Of a stretch of DNA of 64,000 nt, positions 48,126 through 57,616 are shown in pieces. Under the pieces are notes generated by a model that saw only the letters and a program-made list of their open reading frames with translations, ran no database searches and was not told where the DNA came from. The translations under genes were made by a program, and so were the position numbers. Origin of the DNA: a candidate division WOR-3 bacterium (lineage in GTDB: Bacteria; Hydrothermota; Tepidihabitantia; Tepidihabitantales; Tepidihabitantaceae); contig CBFGJX010000001.1 of NCBI GenBank assembly GCA_965649225.1, positions 32,001-96,000 of the forward strand, given 5' to 3'. The first letter of the stretch is position 1; the number at the start of each line of letters is the position of its first letter.

Positions 48126-48455
48126 ATGGCCCAGCCCAGAAATGTCCGTACCCGACTGCGCGTTCAGTCCCATTCCGATGCCGAAAAAGCGCGAGCACTG
48201 ACAAACGACTCGTCCGCAACCACTCCCCGTGCAACCCGTGGTGAACAGCGCATCGAAAAGCGCTGCCCGAAATGTCGATCTTTCACTCTTTCCCGGCATT
48301 ATTTCACACACCGATGCGGTATGCCCGGCCCCATCCCACCCGGGGTATCCGTACCTGCTCCCGGCCGCTGCCCGACCTGTGGCAAGCCGATTGTCTTCTA
48401 CCGGCTGTTCATCTGCCACAATTGCTGCTATGTGCTAGCACAGACTATGACATAG
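48126..48455 (+). CDS. Small Cys-rich (Zn-ribbon-like) hypothetical protein
   Basis: GGAGGAG RBS; CPKC, CPTC, CHNCC. Confidence 0.65.
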   Translation: MAQPRNVRTRLRVQSHSDAEKARALTNDSSATTPRATRGEQRIEKRCPKCRSFTLSRHYFTHRCGMPGPIPPGVSVPAPGRCPTCGKPIVFYRLFICHNCCYVLAQTMT

Positions 48456-48503
48456 CACAAATCGGGGCTCGCAAGCGAAAGGTCTTGCTCTGGCGCCGCA
48501 GTC

Positions 48504-48531
48504 TTGACAGCTGCGGCTGCGGCAATATACT
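48504..48531 (+). promoter_or_regulatory. Sigma70 promoter of the acs operon
   Basis: TTGACA, 16-nt spacer, TATACT. Confidence 0.65.
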
Positions 48532-48654
48532 AGCCATCCGGCTGGGCAAAGCCGCTCTCAGCTGACTACCGCACGGCCGGAATCGCACGTAGACAATTGA
48601 TGCCGCAGCCGCGGCGAAAGAGTTTGCCAGCGCCCGTCAAAAGGAGGACTACAG

Positions 48655-50556
48655 ATGGCAGAAGAGAAATTCTTCCCGCCCAAAGACTTGGTCGAGAACG
48701 CCAACATCACGGCATTCATGAAAAGGCATGGGATTGCCGATCTCCACGCGCTTCTGAAGCGAGCGGAGGACCACGACTGGTACTGGGGTGAAGTCGCCAA
48801 GGAGCTTGAATGGTACAAGCCTTTTGATAAGGTGCTCGACGACTCCAATGCCCCGTTTTTCAAATGGTTCACCGGCGGGAGCTTCAACATCGTCCACAAC
48901 TGCCTCGACCGGCACATGAAGACCGATGTCAAAGACCGGGTCGCTTTCATTTACGAGCCTGAACCCACTGACCAGAAGATTGAACGTTGGACCTACGCGA
49001 TGCTGTACCGGGAAGTGAACAAGCTCGCCAATGCGATGAAGAAACTCGGCATCAAGAAGGGCGACCGGGTCACAATCTTTATGCCCATGATTCCACAGTT
49101 GCCGGTGGCGATGCTCGCCTGTGCCAAGCTCGGCGCCATCCACTCGGTGGTATTCTCAGGATTCTCTTCTACTTCGCTGCGCGACCGTATCAATGACGCC
49201 GAGGCCAAACTGCTCATCACCAGCGACGGCGGTTACCGGCGCGGCAAGATTGTCACGCTGAAGGCCAACGCCGATCCCGGTATTGCCGACTGCCCGTCCC
49301 TCCAGCATGTCATCGTCTTCAAGCGGGCCGGCAACCCGGTCGAGATGAAACCGGGTCGCGACCTGTGGTGGCATGACATCACCGCCGGTGAGTCCGAGGA
49401 ATGCCCGACCGAGCACCTCGACCCCGAAGACCCGCTCTACATCCTCTACACCTCTGGCACAACCGGCAAGCCCAAGGGCATCGTCCACGTCCACGGCGGC
49501 TACGCGGTCGGTACGTATTCAACCCTGAAGTTCGTATTCGACATCAAACCCAGCGACATCTACTGGTGTGCAGCTGACGTCGGCTGGGTAACCGGCCACT
49601 CCTACATTGTCTATGCACCGCTGATGAACGGGGCCACGTCAATCCTCTATGAAGGCGCACCTGACTTTCCAGCACCGGACCGCTGGTGGTCAATTATCGC
49701 CCGGGAAAAGGTCACGATCCTCTACACTTCACCCACTGCGATCCGGATGTTCATGCGCTTCGGCGAGGAATTCCCGAAAAAGCACGACCTTTCCAGCCTC
49801 CGTTTACTCGGCTCGGTCGGCGAACCAATCAACCCCGAAGCCTGGCGCTGGTACCGTACGAACATCGGCGGTGACAAACTGCCGATCATGGACACTTGGT
49901 GGCAGACCGAGACGGGCAACTTTATGATTTCACCGCTGCCAATCACTCCGCTGAAACCCGGTTCGGCCACCCTGCCGCTTCCGGGCATCATGGCCGATGT
50001 CGTCGACAATGAAGGCAAGCCGATCAAGCCGGGCGAAAATGGATTCGCGGTGCTGCTCAAACCTTGGCCCGCCATGCTGCGCACCCTCTACAAGGACCCC
50101 GAACGTTACAAGGAAGCTTACTGGTCGCGTTTTCCGGGCAAGTATCTTACCGGCGACTCCTGCTCCCGAGACGCAGAGGGGTATTTCTGGTTCCGCGGCC
50201 GCGCCGATGAGGTGCTCAACGTCGCCGGCCACCGGCTTGGCACAGCCGAGATTGAATCTGCACTTGTCGCTCACCCGGCTGTTGCTGAGGCGGCGGTCAT
50301 CGGTGTTCCCGACCCAATCAAGGGTGACGTACCCAAGGCTTACGTCACGCTCAAGGTCGGATTCGAGAAAACCGATGCACTCAAGGACGAGCTGAAAAAG
50401 TGGGTCTCGACCGAAATCGGCCCGATCGCCCGGCCGGAATCGATCGAGTTCCGTGACAAACTCCCCAAGACCCGTTCGGGCAAGATCATGCGCCGTCTGC
50501 TCAAGGCCGAGGCCCTAGGCAAGGAAGTCGGCGACATCTCGACGCTCGACGAATAA
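48655..50556 (+). CDS. acs: Acetyl-CoA synthetase (AMP-forming)
   Basis: [42 protein letters not shown]. Confidence 0.96.
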   Translation: MAEEKFFPPKDLVENANITAFMKRHGIADLHALLKRAEDHDWYWGEVAKELEWYKPFDKVLDDSNAPFFKWFTGGSFNIVHNCLDRHMKTDVKDRVAFIYEPEPTDQKIERWTYAMLYREVNKLANAMKKLGIKKGDRVTIFMPMIPQLPVAMLACAKLGAIHSVVFSGFSSTSLRDRINDAEAKLLITSDGGYRRGKIVTLKANADPGIADCPSLQHVIVFKRAGNPVEMKPGRDLWWHDITAGESEECPTEHLDPEDPLYILYTSGTTGKPKGIVHVHGGYAVGTYSTLKFVFDIKPSDIYWCAADVGWVTGHSYIVYAPLMNGATSILYEGAPDFPAPDRWWSIIAREKVTILYTSPTAIRMFMRFGEEFPKKHDLSSLRLLGSVGEPINPEAWRWYRTNIGGDKLPIMDTWWQTETGNFMISPLPITPLKPGSATLPLPGIMADVVDNEGKPIKPGENGFAVLLKPWPAMLRTLYKDPERYKEAYWSRFPGKYLTGDSCSRDAEGYFWFRGRADEVLNVAGHRLGTAEIESALVAHPAVAEAAVIGVPDPIKGDVPKAYVTLKVGFEKTDALKDELKKWVSTEIGPIARPESIEFRDKLPKTRSGKIMRRLLKAEALGKEVGDISTLDE

Positions 50557-50598
50557 GTGGCAGACGCGGAACCGCCCGCAGCCGAAGGCATCACTCAT

Positions 50599-50630
50599 GA
50601 CAGGGGCACGCGCTCACGCGTGCCCCTGTC
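50599..50630. repeat. Perfect 14-bp inverted repeat between acs and the MFS gene
   Basis: GACAGGGGCACGCG-CTCA-CGCGTGCCCCTGTC; no U tract. Confidence 0.8.
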
Positions 50631-50669
50631 GGCTGGCATGCAACTGCGTCGTCATCGAGGAGAACTTTC

Positions 50670-51941
50670 ATGACTGAAACCAAAACTTACAACCGCTGGC
50701 TGATAGTCGTTGGAGCATTGCTGGTACAAATCTGTCTTGGCGCCATCTACGCCTGGAGTGTATTCCGCAAACCGCTGGAGACCGAACTCAACATCACTCC
50801 GACACAGGCATCGCTGCCTTTCTCGGTCGTGTTGATTTCGTTTGCGCTGGCGACCGTTGTCGGCGGCCGCCTGCAGGACAGGCTCGGACCGAAGATCGTC
50901 GCCATCATCGGTGGCATCCTCTTGGCGACCGGAATGATTCTGGCCAGCTTCGCCCGTGGTATCGGTCTGCTTGTTATCAGCTACGGCATCGTCTCCGGCA
51001 TTGGTATCGGCTTTGCCTACGTCTGCCCGATCGCTGCCGGGGTCAAATGGTTCCCGGACAAGCGCGGACTCATCACCGGCCTTGCCGTTGCCGGCTTTGG
51101 GGCGGGTGCCTTTTTTGCCGCCCCGCTCGCTCAGGGCTTGATATCGGGCACGCCCTACAAACTGATGGGTGCCGACCTGTTCAACCTACCGAAACTCGGC
51201 GTCTGGCAAACGTTCCTGTGGCTGGGCGTCGGCTATCTTGTCCTGGTCGTCCTGGGCGGCCTGCTTTTGCGCAACCCGCCTGCCGGGTACAAACCGGCCG
51301 GCTGGAATCCACCTCAGCCCCTGGCCGGCGCCGCTGCCAGGACTGACTACAGCTCGGCCCAGATGCTCGGCACTTGGCAGTTCTGGGTCATCTGGCTGAT
51401 GTATTTTGCCGGCTGCGCTGCCGGGCTGATGATGATCGGCCAAACCTCGCCGATTGCCCAGGAACTGGCCCGCTTCAACAGTGCCACTGCCGCTGTCGGC
51501 GTATCAGTACTGGCCATATTCAACACGCTCGGCCGCATCTTCTGGGGCCGGGTATCTGACTCTATCGGTCGCGCACGCACTCTGTTCCTGATGTATCTAA
51601 TTAACGCCGCTGCCGTTTTCGGTTACTTTCTGATTCCTGCCGCACCGGTAATATTCTGGTTCGGCATCGCTCTGGTTGGAGCAACCTTCGGTGGCTACCT
51701 CGCCATTTACCCCGCCATCAATGCCGACTACTACGGCACCCGCCATGCCGGGGTCAATTACGGCTTCATTTTCACCGCCTACGGCGTCGGCGGGCTGCTG
51801 TCCAACATCTTTGCTCCACGCGTGAAAGAGCTGACCGGCAGCTACAACTTTGCCTTCATTCTCACCGGCGTGCTCTGCATCGCCGCCGCCGCGGCAAGTT
51901 TCTTTCTCAGGGCACCAGAAGCCCGGAAGTCCGCGGCCTGA
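50670..51941 (+). CDS. MFS transporter, oxalate:formate antiporter (OFA) family
   Basis: GAIYAWSVF, GRLQDRLGP, KWFPDKRGLITGLAVAGFGAG; about 12 TM helices. Confidence 0.9.
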   Translation: MTETKTYNRWLIVVGALLVQICLGAIYAWSVFRKPLETELNITPTQASLPFSVVLISFALATVVGGRLQDRLGPKIVAIIGGILLATGMILASFARGIGLLVISYGIVSGIGIGFAYVCPIAAGVKWFPDKRGLITGLAVAGFGAGAFFAAPLAQGLISGTPYKLMGADLFNLPKLGVWQTFLWLGVGYLVLVVLGGLLLRNPPAGYKPAGWNPPQPLAGAAARTDYSSAQMLGTWQFWVIWLMYFAGCAAGLMMIGQTSPIAQELARFNSATAAVGVSVLAIFNTLGRIFWGRVSDSIGRARTLFLMYLINAAAVFGYFLIPAAPVIFWFGIALVGATFGGYLAIYPAINADYYGTRHAGVNYGFIFTAYGVGGLLSNIFAPRVKELTGSYNFAFILTGVLCIAAAAASFFLRAPEARKSAA

Positions 51942-51963
51942 CACAAAGAACCAAGGAGTAACC

Positions 51964-53316
51964 GTGAAGAAACTCTCACCGGCCGAAATCGAACAGCTCG
52001 TCGCCAAGGCCAAAAAGCCGGCGGCCGACGCGATGAAGCTCCACCCGTTCTACAAGGGCAAGTACCAGACCGTACCCAAATGTTGTATCCGCGACTTCAA
52101 CGACTTTGCCATCTGGTATACCCCGGGTGTCGCTGCGCCCTGCAAGGACATTCAGGCCAATCCCGAAATGTCCTTCGTCCACACCAATCGTGCCAACACC
52201 ATCTGCGTACTCACCGACGGAACCCGTGTACTGGGTCTTGGCGACATCGGCCCCGAAGCCTCGATGCCAGTCATGGAAGGTAAGGCCCTGCTCTTCAAGT
52301 ACCTCGGTGGTGTCGACTGCGTGCCCATCGCACTGCGCACCAAGGACCCGGACGAATTCATCCGTACCGCCAAGCTGCTCGAACCATCATTCGGCGGCTT
52401 CAACCTCGAAGACATCGCCCAGCCGAAGTGCTTCCGCATCCTCGACACACTCCGCGCCGAAATGAACGTACCGGTCTGGCACGACGACCAGCAGGGTACC
52501 GCCGCGGTAACCTACGCCGGCCTGGTCAATGCGCTCAAGTTCGTCGGCAAGGACATCGCCAAAGTGAAGGTCGTCTTCCTTGGTGCCGGCGCCTCAAACA
52601 TTGCCATTGCCCGCGTCTGCATCAAGGGTGGAGTCACTGCCGAAAACTGCATCATGTGTGACTCAAAGGGCACACTCCACCGGGGACGTACCGAACTGCA
52701 GCACGAATTCAAAGAGAAGTGGCACATGGCCCAGATTTCCAACAAGTGGGACATCCGCGGCACCATCGCTGACGCCATCAAGGATGCCGACGTGCTCATC
52801 GCCCTTTCCACCCCCGGCCCCGGGGTCGTCAAACCGGAGTGGATCAGTTCAATGGCCAAAGATGCAGTCGTGTTCGTCTGCGCGAACCCGATACCGGAAA
52901 TCTGGCCCTGGGAAGCACTTGAAGCTGGCGCTGCGGTCGTTGCCACCGGCCGTAGCGATTTCCCCAATCAGGTCAACAACTCGCTCGGGTTTCCCGGTAT
53001 CTTTCGCGGAGCGCTTGACGTCAACGCCCGGACCATCACTGATGAGATGTGCATCGCTGCCGCACTGGAACTCGCCAAAGTCGCTGAAGACCGTGGCCTG
53101 CGGCAGGACTACCTCGTGCCGACCATGGACGACTGGGAAGTCTTCCCGCGCGAAGCGGTGGCGGTCGGGATGAAGGCAATCGAGCAGGGCGTCGCCCGGA
53201 TCAAGCTCACCCGTGATGAACTGATGCAAAAGGCCACGGCGACGATCAAACAGGCACGTGAGCTGACCCAGTGGATGATGAAGGAAGGGTTCATCCCCGC
53301 CCCGCCCGCAGACTGA
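51964..53316 (+). CDS. NAD(P)-dependent malic enzyme
   Basis: YTPGVA, TDGTRVLGLGDIG, NLEDI, HDDQQGTA, TGRSDFPNQVNN; GTG start after AAGGAG. Confidence 0.95.
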   Translation: MKKLSPAEIEQLVAKAKKPAADAMKLHPFYKGKYQTVPKCCIRDFNDFAIWYTPGVAAPCKDIQANPEMSFVHTNRANTICVLTDGTRVLGLGDIGPEASMPVMEGKALLFKYLGGVDCVPIALRTKDPDEFIRTAKLLEPSFGGFNLEDIAQPKCFRILDTLRAEMNVPVWHDDQQGTAAVTYAGLVNALKFVGKDIAKVKVVFLGAGASNIAIARVCIKGGVTAENCIMCDSKGTLHRGRTELQHEFKEKWHMAQISNKWDIRGTIADAIKDADVLIALSTPGPGVVKPEWISSMAKDAVVFVCANPIPEIWPWEALEAGAAVVATGRSDFPNQVNNSLGFPGIFRGALDVNARTITDEMCIAAALELAKVAEDRGLRQDYLVPTMDDWEVFPREAVAVGMKAIEQGVARIKLTRDELMQKATATIKQARELTQWMMKEGFIPAPPAD

Positions 53317-53333
53317 GCGAGTCCCGTATCACA

Positions 53334-53406
53334 GCGGGGCGGCATCTGCCGCCCCGCCTTGTCCGCTCCAAAGATGACCCGGCGCCCCACCGGGTGGGGC
53401 GCCGGG
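53334..53406. terminator. Two GC-rich hairpins between convergent operons
   Basis: GCGGGGCGGCA/TGCCGCCCCGC (53334-53357) and CCCGGCGCCCCAC/GTGGGGCGCCGGG (53378-53406); U tracts weak. Confidence 0.6.
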
Positions 53407-53435
53407 AAAACCGGAAGGTACGACCCTGTTAGCTC

Positions 53436-54578
53436 TCAGCCCAGCAGGTTACGGGCAATAACGATCCGCTGCACCTCAGAAGTACCCTCATATATCTCCA
53501 TACACTTGGCATCACGGTAATAGCGCTCAACCGGATAGTCCTTGGTATAGCCGTAGCCGCCGTAGATCTGGACAGCATCACGGGTAACCTCTACCGCCGT
53601 TTCAGCGGCAAAGAGCTTGCACATCGCCGACTCCTGGCTGAAGCGCGGCTTGCCCTGATCCTTCTGGTGTGCGGCGTAATACACCAGCATTCGTGACGCC
53701 AGAACGCGGGTAGCCATATTCGCCAGCTTGGCCTGAATCATCTCGAAATCGGCAATCGGACGCCCGAACTGCTTACGTTCCTTGGCGTAGGCGATGGCCT
53801 TATCCAGCGCCGACTGGGCAATGCCTACCGCCTGAGCGCCAATATCAATACGGGAAACATCGAGGGTACCCAAGGCCACCTTGAAGCCCTGGCCGACTTC
53901 GCCCAGCACATTGCTTTTCGGCACTCTGCAATCATCAAACATCAGCTCGCAGTTGGCGGTCGCTCGCAACCCAAGCAGGTCCTCGTGCTTGCCCAGACTG
54001 AATCCCGGAAAGTCCCGCTCGACAATAAACGCAGTTATGCCGCGATGACCAGCCGCCGGGTCGGTCTTCGCAAAAACAATGAAAACGCCGGCAACGCCAC
54101 CGTTGGTAATGAACCGCTTGCATCCGTTCAGGACAAAATGGTCGCCCCTGTCAACTGCGGTTGTCTCCATCGCCGCCGGGTCGCTGCCGGCATTGGGCTC
54201 GGTCAAGCCGAACGCCCCCAGCAGCTCGCCCGAGGCCATGCGCGGTAGATACCGCTGTTTCTGCTCTTCAGTTCCCCAGTTCACGATCGGCCAGCATGCC
54301 AGCGAATTGTGGACCGCGGTTATGACCCCGGTTGAACCGCAGCCCCGGCTGATTTCCTCAACCGCAATCGCCAGCGAAAGAAAGTCAAAACCGGCACCAC
54401 CGTACTGCTCCGGCACCGTCATGCCCAGCATGCCCAGCTCGGCCATCTTCTTGATCGCCTCGTGCGGAAACTCACCCGAAGCATCGCGGGCGGCCGCCTG
54501 CGGCTCCAGCTCTTTCAGCGCAAACTCGCGGGCCATGTTGCGAATCATTATCTGGTCATTGGTATAACTGAGATCCAC
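53436..54578 (-). CDS. Acyl-CoA dehydrogenase (butyryl-CoA dehydrogenase-like)
   Basis: FGLTEPNAGSD, ERKQFG, QIYGGYGY, IYEGTSEVQR. Confidence 0.95.
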   Translation of the reverse strand: MDLSYTNDQIMIRNMAREFALKELEPQAAARDASGEFPHEAIKKMAELGMLGMTVPEQYGGAGFDFLSLAIAVEEISRGCGSTGVITAVHNSLACWPIVNWGTEEQKQRYLPRMASGELLGAFGLTEPNAGSDPAAMETTAVDRGDHFVLNGCKRFITNGGVAGVFIVFAKTDPAAGHRGITAFIVERDFPGFSLGKHEDLLGLRATANCELMFDDCRVPKSNVLGEVGQGFKVALGTLDVSRIDIGAQAVGIAQSALDKAIAYAKERKQFGRPIADFEMIQAKLANMATRVLASRMLVYYAAHQKDQGKPRFSQESAMCKLFAAETAVEVTRDAVQIYGGYGYTKDYPVERYYRDAKCMEIYEGTSEVQRIVIARNLLG

Positions 54579-54586
54579 TATTCCTC

Positions 54587-55717
54587 CTAAATCGAATTGG
54601 CGGCGTCTTTCAATACTTCCTTGGCAATAATCAGCCGCATTACTTCCGAGGTACCCTCGCCGATTTCACCCAGCTTGGCATCACGGTAGATGCGGCCGAC
54701 CGGAAAGTCGGCCGTGACGGCAAGCGGCCCGATGGTCCCGATCGCGGTACCAGCGGCCCAAACGGCAGTTTCCGAAGCAAACAGCTTGGCGAAAGCACAC
54801 TCCTTGTCAGCCCGGATGCCGGCATCCTTCAACGCCGCCGCGTGATAAACCAGCTGCCGCGCCGCTTCAACCTGAGTGGCAACATCAGCGAGATTCTTCA
54901 TCTCGCCCTGCGTCATCGAACGGTTACTGAACCAGCGGATCATCGTGTCCAGCGCACCCTGAGCCATCCCCAGACAGAACGCCCCGATTGAAATCCGACC
55001 GCCGTCAAGGGTCTCCATGAAAATCCGGTAACCGTCGTACTCGCTGCCCAGCAGGTTTTCCGCCGGCACAAATACGTCCTCAAAAACAAGTTCGACCGTG
55101 TTTGACCCGCGCAGACCAAGCTTGTTTTCCTCAGCAGCGACCTTGAAACCAGGCGACGAGGTCTCGACGATAAAACAGGTAATCCCCTTCCGCCCGAGAC
55201 TGCGATCAAGTGTTGCCGCCACAATCACCGTTCCGGCGTAGGCTGCCGATGTGATGAAACGTTTCGTGCCGTTGATGACATACCCGCCGGGGACCTTTTT
55301 GGCTGTCGTTTCAATGGCGGCAGCATCAGAACCGGCATTAGGTTCGGTCAGACCGAATGCGCCGAGATAAACCCCGCGGGCGAGGCGGGGAATGTACTTC
55401 TCTTTCTGTTCCTTGGTACCGAATTTCTCGATCGGGTATGTGCCGAGCGAAGTGTGAGCAGCCAGCGTCAAACCGGTTGAACCGCAGACCCGCGACACCT
55501 CCTCCACCGCCAGAGCGTAGGAAATGTAATCGAGACCGGCACCGCCCAGTTCCCGCGGCCAAGGTATACCCAGCCAGCCGCGGGCTGCCAGTGCCTCGAC
55601 ATTTTTCTTGACGAACTCGCCGGTCGCATCACAGGCACAGGCCGACGGCTCAATCACATCCAGTGCCAGCCGGCGCACTTCCCGACGGAAACACTGCTGG
55701 GTCTCAGAAAGAATCAC
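54587..55717 (-). CDS. Acyl-CoA dehydrogenase-family protein with a divergent C-terminal domain
   Basis: FGLTEPNAGSD, KLGLRGS, IGEGTSEV present; RxQFG and GGxG motifs absent. Confidence 0.9.
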   Translation of the reverse strand: MILSETQQCFRREVRRLALDVIEPSACACDATGEFVKKNVEALAARGWLGIPWPRELGGAGLDYISYALAVEEVSRVCGSTGLTLAAHTSLGTYPIEKFGTKEQKEKYIPRLARGVYLGAFGLTEPNAGSDAAAIETTAKKVPGGYVINGTKRFITSAAYAGTVIVAATLDRSLGRKGITCFIVETSSPGFKVAAEENKLGLRGSNTVELVFEDVFVPAENLLGSEYDGYRIFMETLDGGRISIGAFCLGMAQGALDTMIRWFSNRSMTQGEMKNLADVATQVEAARQLVYHAAALKDAGIRADKECAFAKLFASETAVWAAGTAIGTIGPLAVTADFPVGRIYRDAKLGEIGEGTSEVMRLIIAKEVLKDAANSI

Positions 55718-55726
55718 CGCATCCCC

Positions 55727-56491
55727 CTAGATATAGTAACGGTCGGGGTCGATTTGCTCACGCAGCAGCCTCAGTTCTTCTGCCGTCGGCTCAGGGTTGA
55801 CGGCGACGTTGTCAGCCACCAGCAGCTCAAAACCGGTGCTGGCAAGAACCTTCTCAACCGAGACACCGGGATGGGTAGCAATCAACCGCATCCGTTTTGA
55901 CTGCGGCTCAAAATCCATCAAAGCCAGATTGGTGACAACCCGGTAGGGGCCGGTATTCGGCGGCAGTCCGGCCGCCTCACGGGCGCCTGGACCGGACAGA
56001 TAGCCCGGGGTCGTGATGAAATCGACCTTCGGAACAAAAGAACGCGGTTCGTGCTTGCGCATGATAACGATCGTCTTCCAGCAAAAAGAACCGACATCAT
56101 TTGCCCCGCCCGAACCGGGCAGCCGGACTTTCGGTGGCCAGTAAGGACCGATGACCGTGGTATTGAGATTGCCGTAGGCATCAATCTGGGCACCGCCCAG
56201 AAAACCGTACTCGACAAATCCGCGCGCCGCGGTTTCCATGATGTCGCAAATCCCCGAAGCGGCAACTGCCCGGTGAAACGTCCGCGAGTCGGCAACGCCC
56301 AGCGGCAGTCTTTCCAGCGAAGCACCAGTACCGCCGAACTCAAAAATCGAGACCAGATTCGGCGCATGGGTCCGCTTGGCCAGTGCCGCAGCCAGCATCG
56401 GAATGCCGGTACCGACAAAGGCGGTGGTACCATCAGCCATCTGCTTGGCGGCCAGACAGATCAGAAACTCAGTCTCATTGTACGCTGCCAT
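55727..56491 (-). CDS. Family I CoA-transferase beta subunit (GctB-like)
   Basis: FVGTGIP, IFEFG (likely catalytic Glu), GGAQIDAYGNLNTT, RLPGSGGAND. Confidence 0.9.
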   Translation of the reverse strand: MAAYNETEFLICLAAKQMADGTTAFVGTGIPMLAAALAKRTHAPNLVSIFEFGGTGASLERLPLGVADSRTFHRAVAASGICDIMETAARGFVEYGFLGGAQIDAYGNLNTTVIGPYWPPKVRLPGSGGANDVGSFCWKTIVIMRKHEPRSFVPKVDFITTPGYLSGPGAREAAGLPPNTGPYRVVTNLALMDFEPQSKRMRLIATHPGVSVEKVLASTGFELLVADNVAVNPEPTAEELRLLREQIDPDRYYI

Positions 56492-57463
56492 CTAGCGACC
56501 CCCGATTTCTGCTTCAAGCCGTGCCAGTCGCTCCCGACCGACCAGTTCGACATACTCGGCGTGATTCTTCACCCCATATACCCACTTGTCCAGATAAGCC
56601 TGCGTTTTGGCCGGGTCGGCCGAATCACGCAGGAAAGACTGCAGATGCTCGCCGTCGCGCCAGTAGCGATAGCACATCTCTCCGGGGTGGGAGCCATACT
56701 TTGCCTCCACGACCGCATCGACGAGGTAATAGGGAATCACGGTCTTTTCTGGTTCGCGCCGGATCACTTCGGTCGGCACGATTTCTTCGGTCGAGACGAT
56801 CAGTTTCCGACAGGCGCGCGCCATCTCGAAAACAAATCCCGACACACCCTCGACCTGACAGTTGCCGTAGCAATCGGCCTTGTGGACATGAATCAAGCCG
56901 ACATCAAGGAACAGTGCCGGCACCAGACAGACCGGCCGGCCGGTAAACGGGTCCTTCACTACCACCGCGCCCGAGTACCTGAATGTATCGGTCCCCAGCA
57001 TCGACCGAATCGGTAAAAATGGCACCCCCATCGCGGCGGCCTTGAAGCGCCAGGTGATTCCACCGTTGGACCAGTCGGTCGTCTTCACCCGGCCCGACTC
57101 TACTGCCCGGCGCAGGCATGAGGAAATGCCATAGACCTCCCAGGCGACATAGGTCACATCCAGCGCGTCAACCAGATCAGCGGCCAGCAGCAGGTCGATA
57201 TCGTGCACGCCCTGGCCGGCCACCCGTAGGTGCTTCTTTCCCTGCCGGATGACCTCGCGCACCAGCGACATCGGTGCGCGGACAGTACCATAAAGCTCGG
57301 TGCCGAGATAGTCGCCGTCGGCGACAAACCGGCTTACCGCCTCGGCTTCGGTCATTACCTTGTCAACCATCCGGGTGTTCTTCTTCGTATGCACCCAGTC
57401 GCGGAAAGCATCCGGATCGGGCGGCTGAAACAGCTCACCCAGACCTCTGTCAACAATATCCAT
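56492..57463 (-). CDS. Family I CoA-transferase alpha subunit (GctA-like)
   Basis: RAPMSLVREVIRQG, AAAMGVPFLP, IHVHKADCYGN, GSHP. Confidence 0.9.
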   Translation of the reverse strand: MDIVDRGLGELFQPPDPDAFRDWVHTKKNTRMVDKVMTEAEAVSRFVADGDYLGTELYGTVRAPMSLVREVIRQGKKHLRVAGQGVHDIDLLLAADLVDALDVTYVAWEVYGISSCLRRAVESGRVKTTDWSNGGITWRFKAAAMGVPFLPIRSMLGTDTFRYSGAVVVKDPFTGRPVCLVPALFLDVGLIHVHKADCYGNCQVEGVSGFVFEMARACRKLIVSTEEIVPTEVIRREPEKTVIPYYLVDAVVEAKYGSHPGEMCYRYWRDGEHLQSFLRDSADPAKTQAYLDKWVYGVKNHAEYVELVGRERLARLEAEIGGR

Positions 57464-57519
57464 GATTACTGCCTCCTCGGGCGGAATCGACGATGGCGGC
57501 TTCTCTCCGCCAGTTGGGA

Positions 57520-57548
57520 ATACTAATCTGCACCCCCTGCGAAGTCAA
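57520..57548 (-). promoter_or_regulatory. Sigma70 promoter of the CoA-transferase operon
   Basis: TTGACT, 17-nt spacer, TAGTAT on the minus strand; GAGGAGG RBS downstream. Confidence 0.55.
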
Positions 57549-57616
57549 TTGCGGACAGGGCGACGAGCGCTGGTGTTCTCGGCATTGACAAACCTGCCGG
57601 GCGAACAACAATCCTG

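Noticed and set aside
50634..50648. Sigma54-like promoter TGGCATGCAACTGC
   Set aside because: The GG to GC spacing is 9 nt, not the required 10
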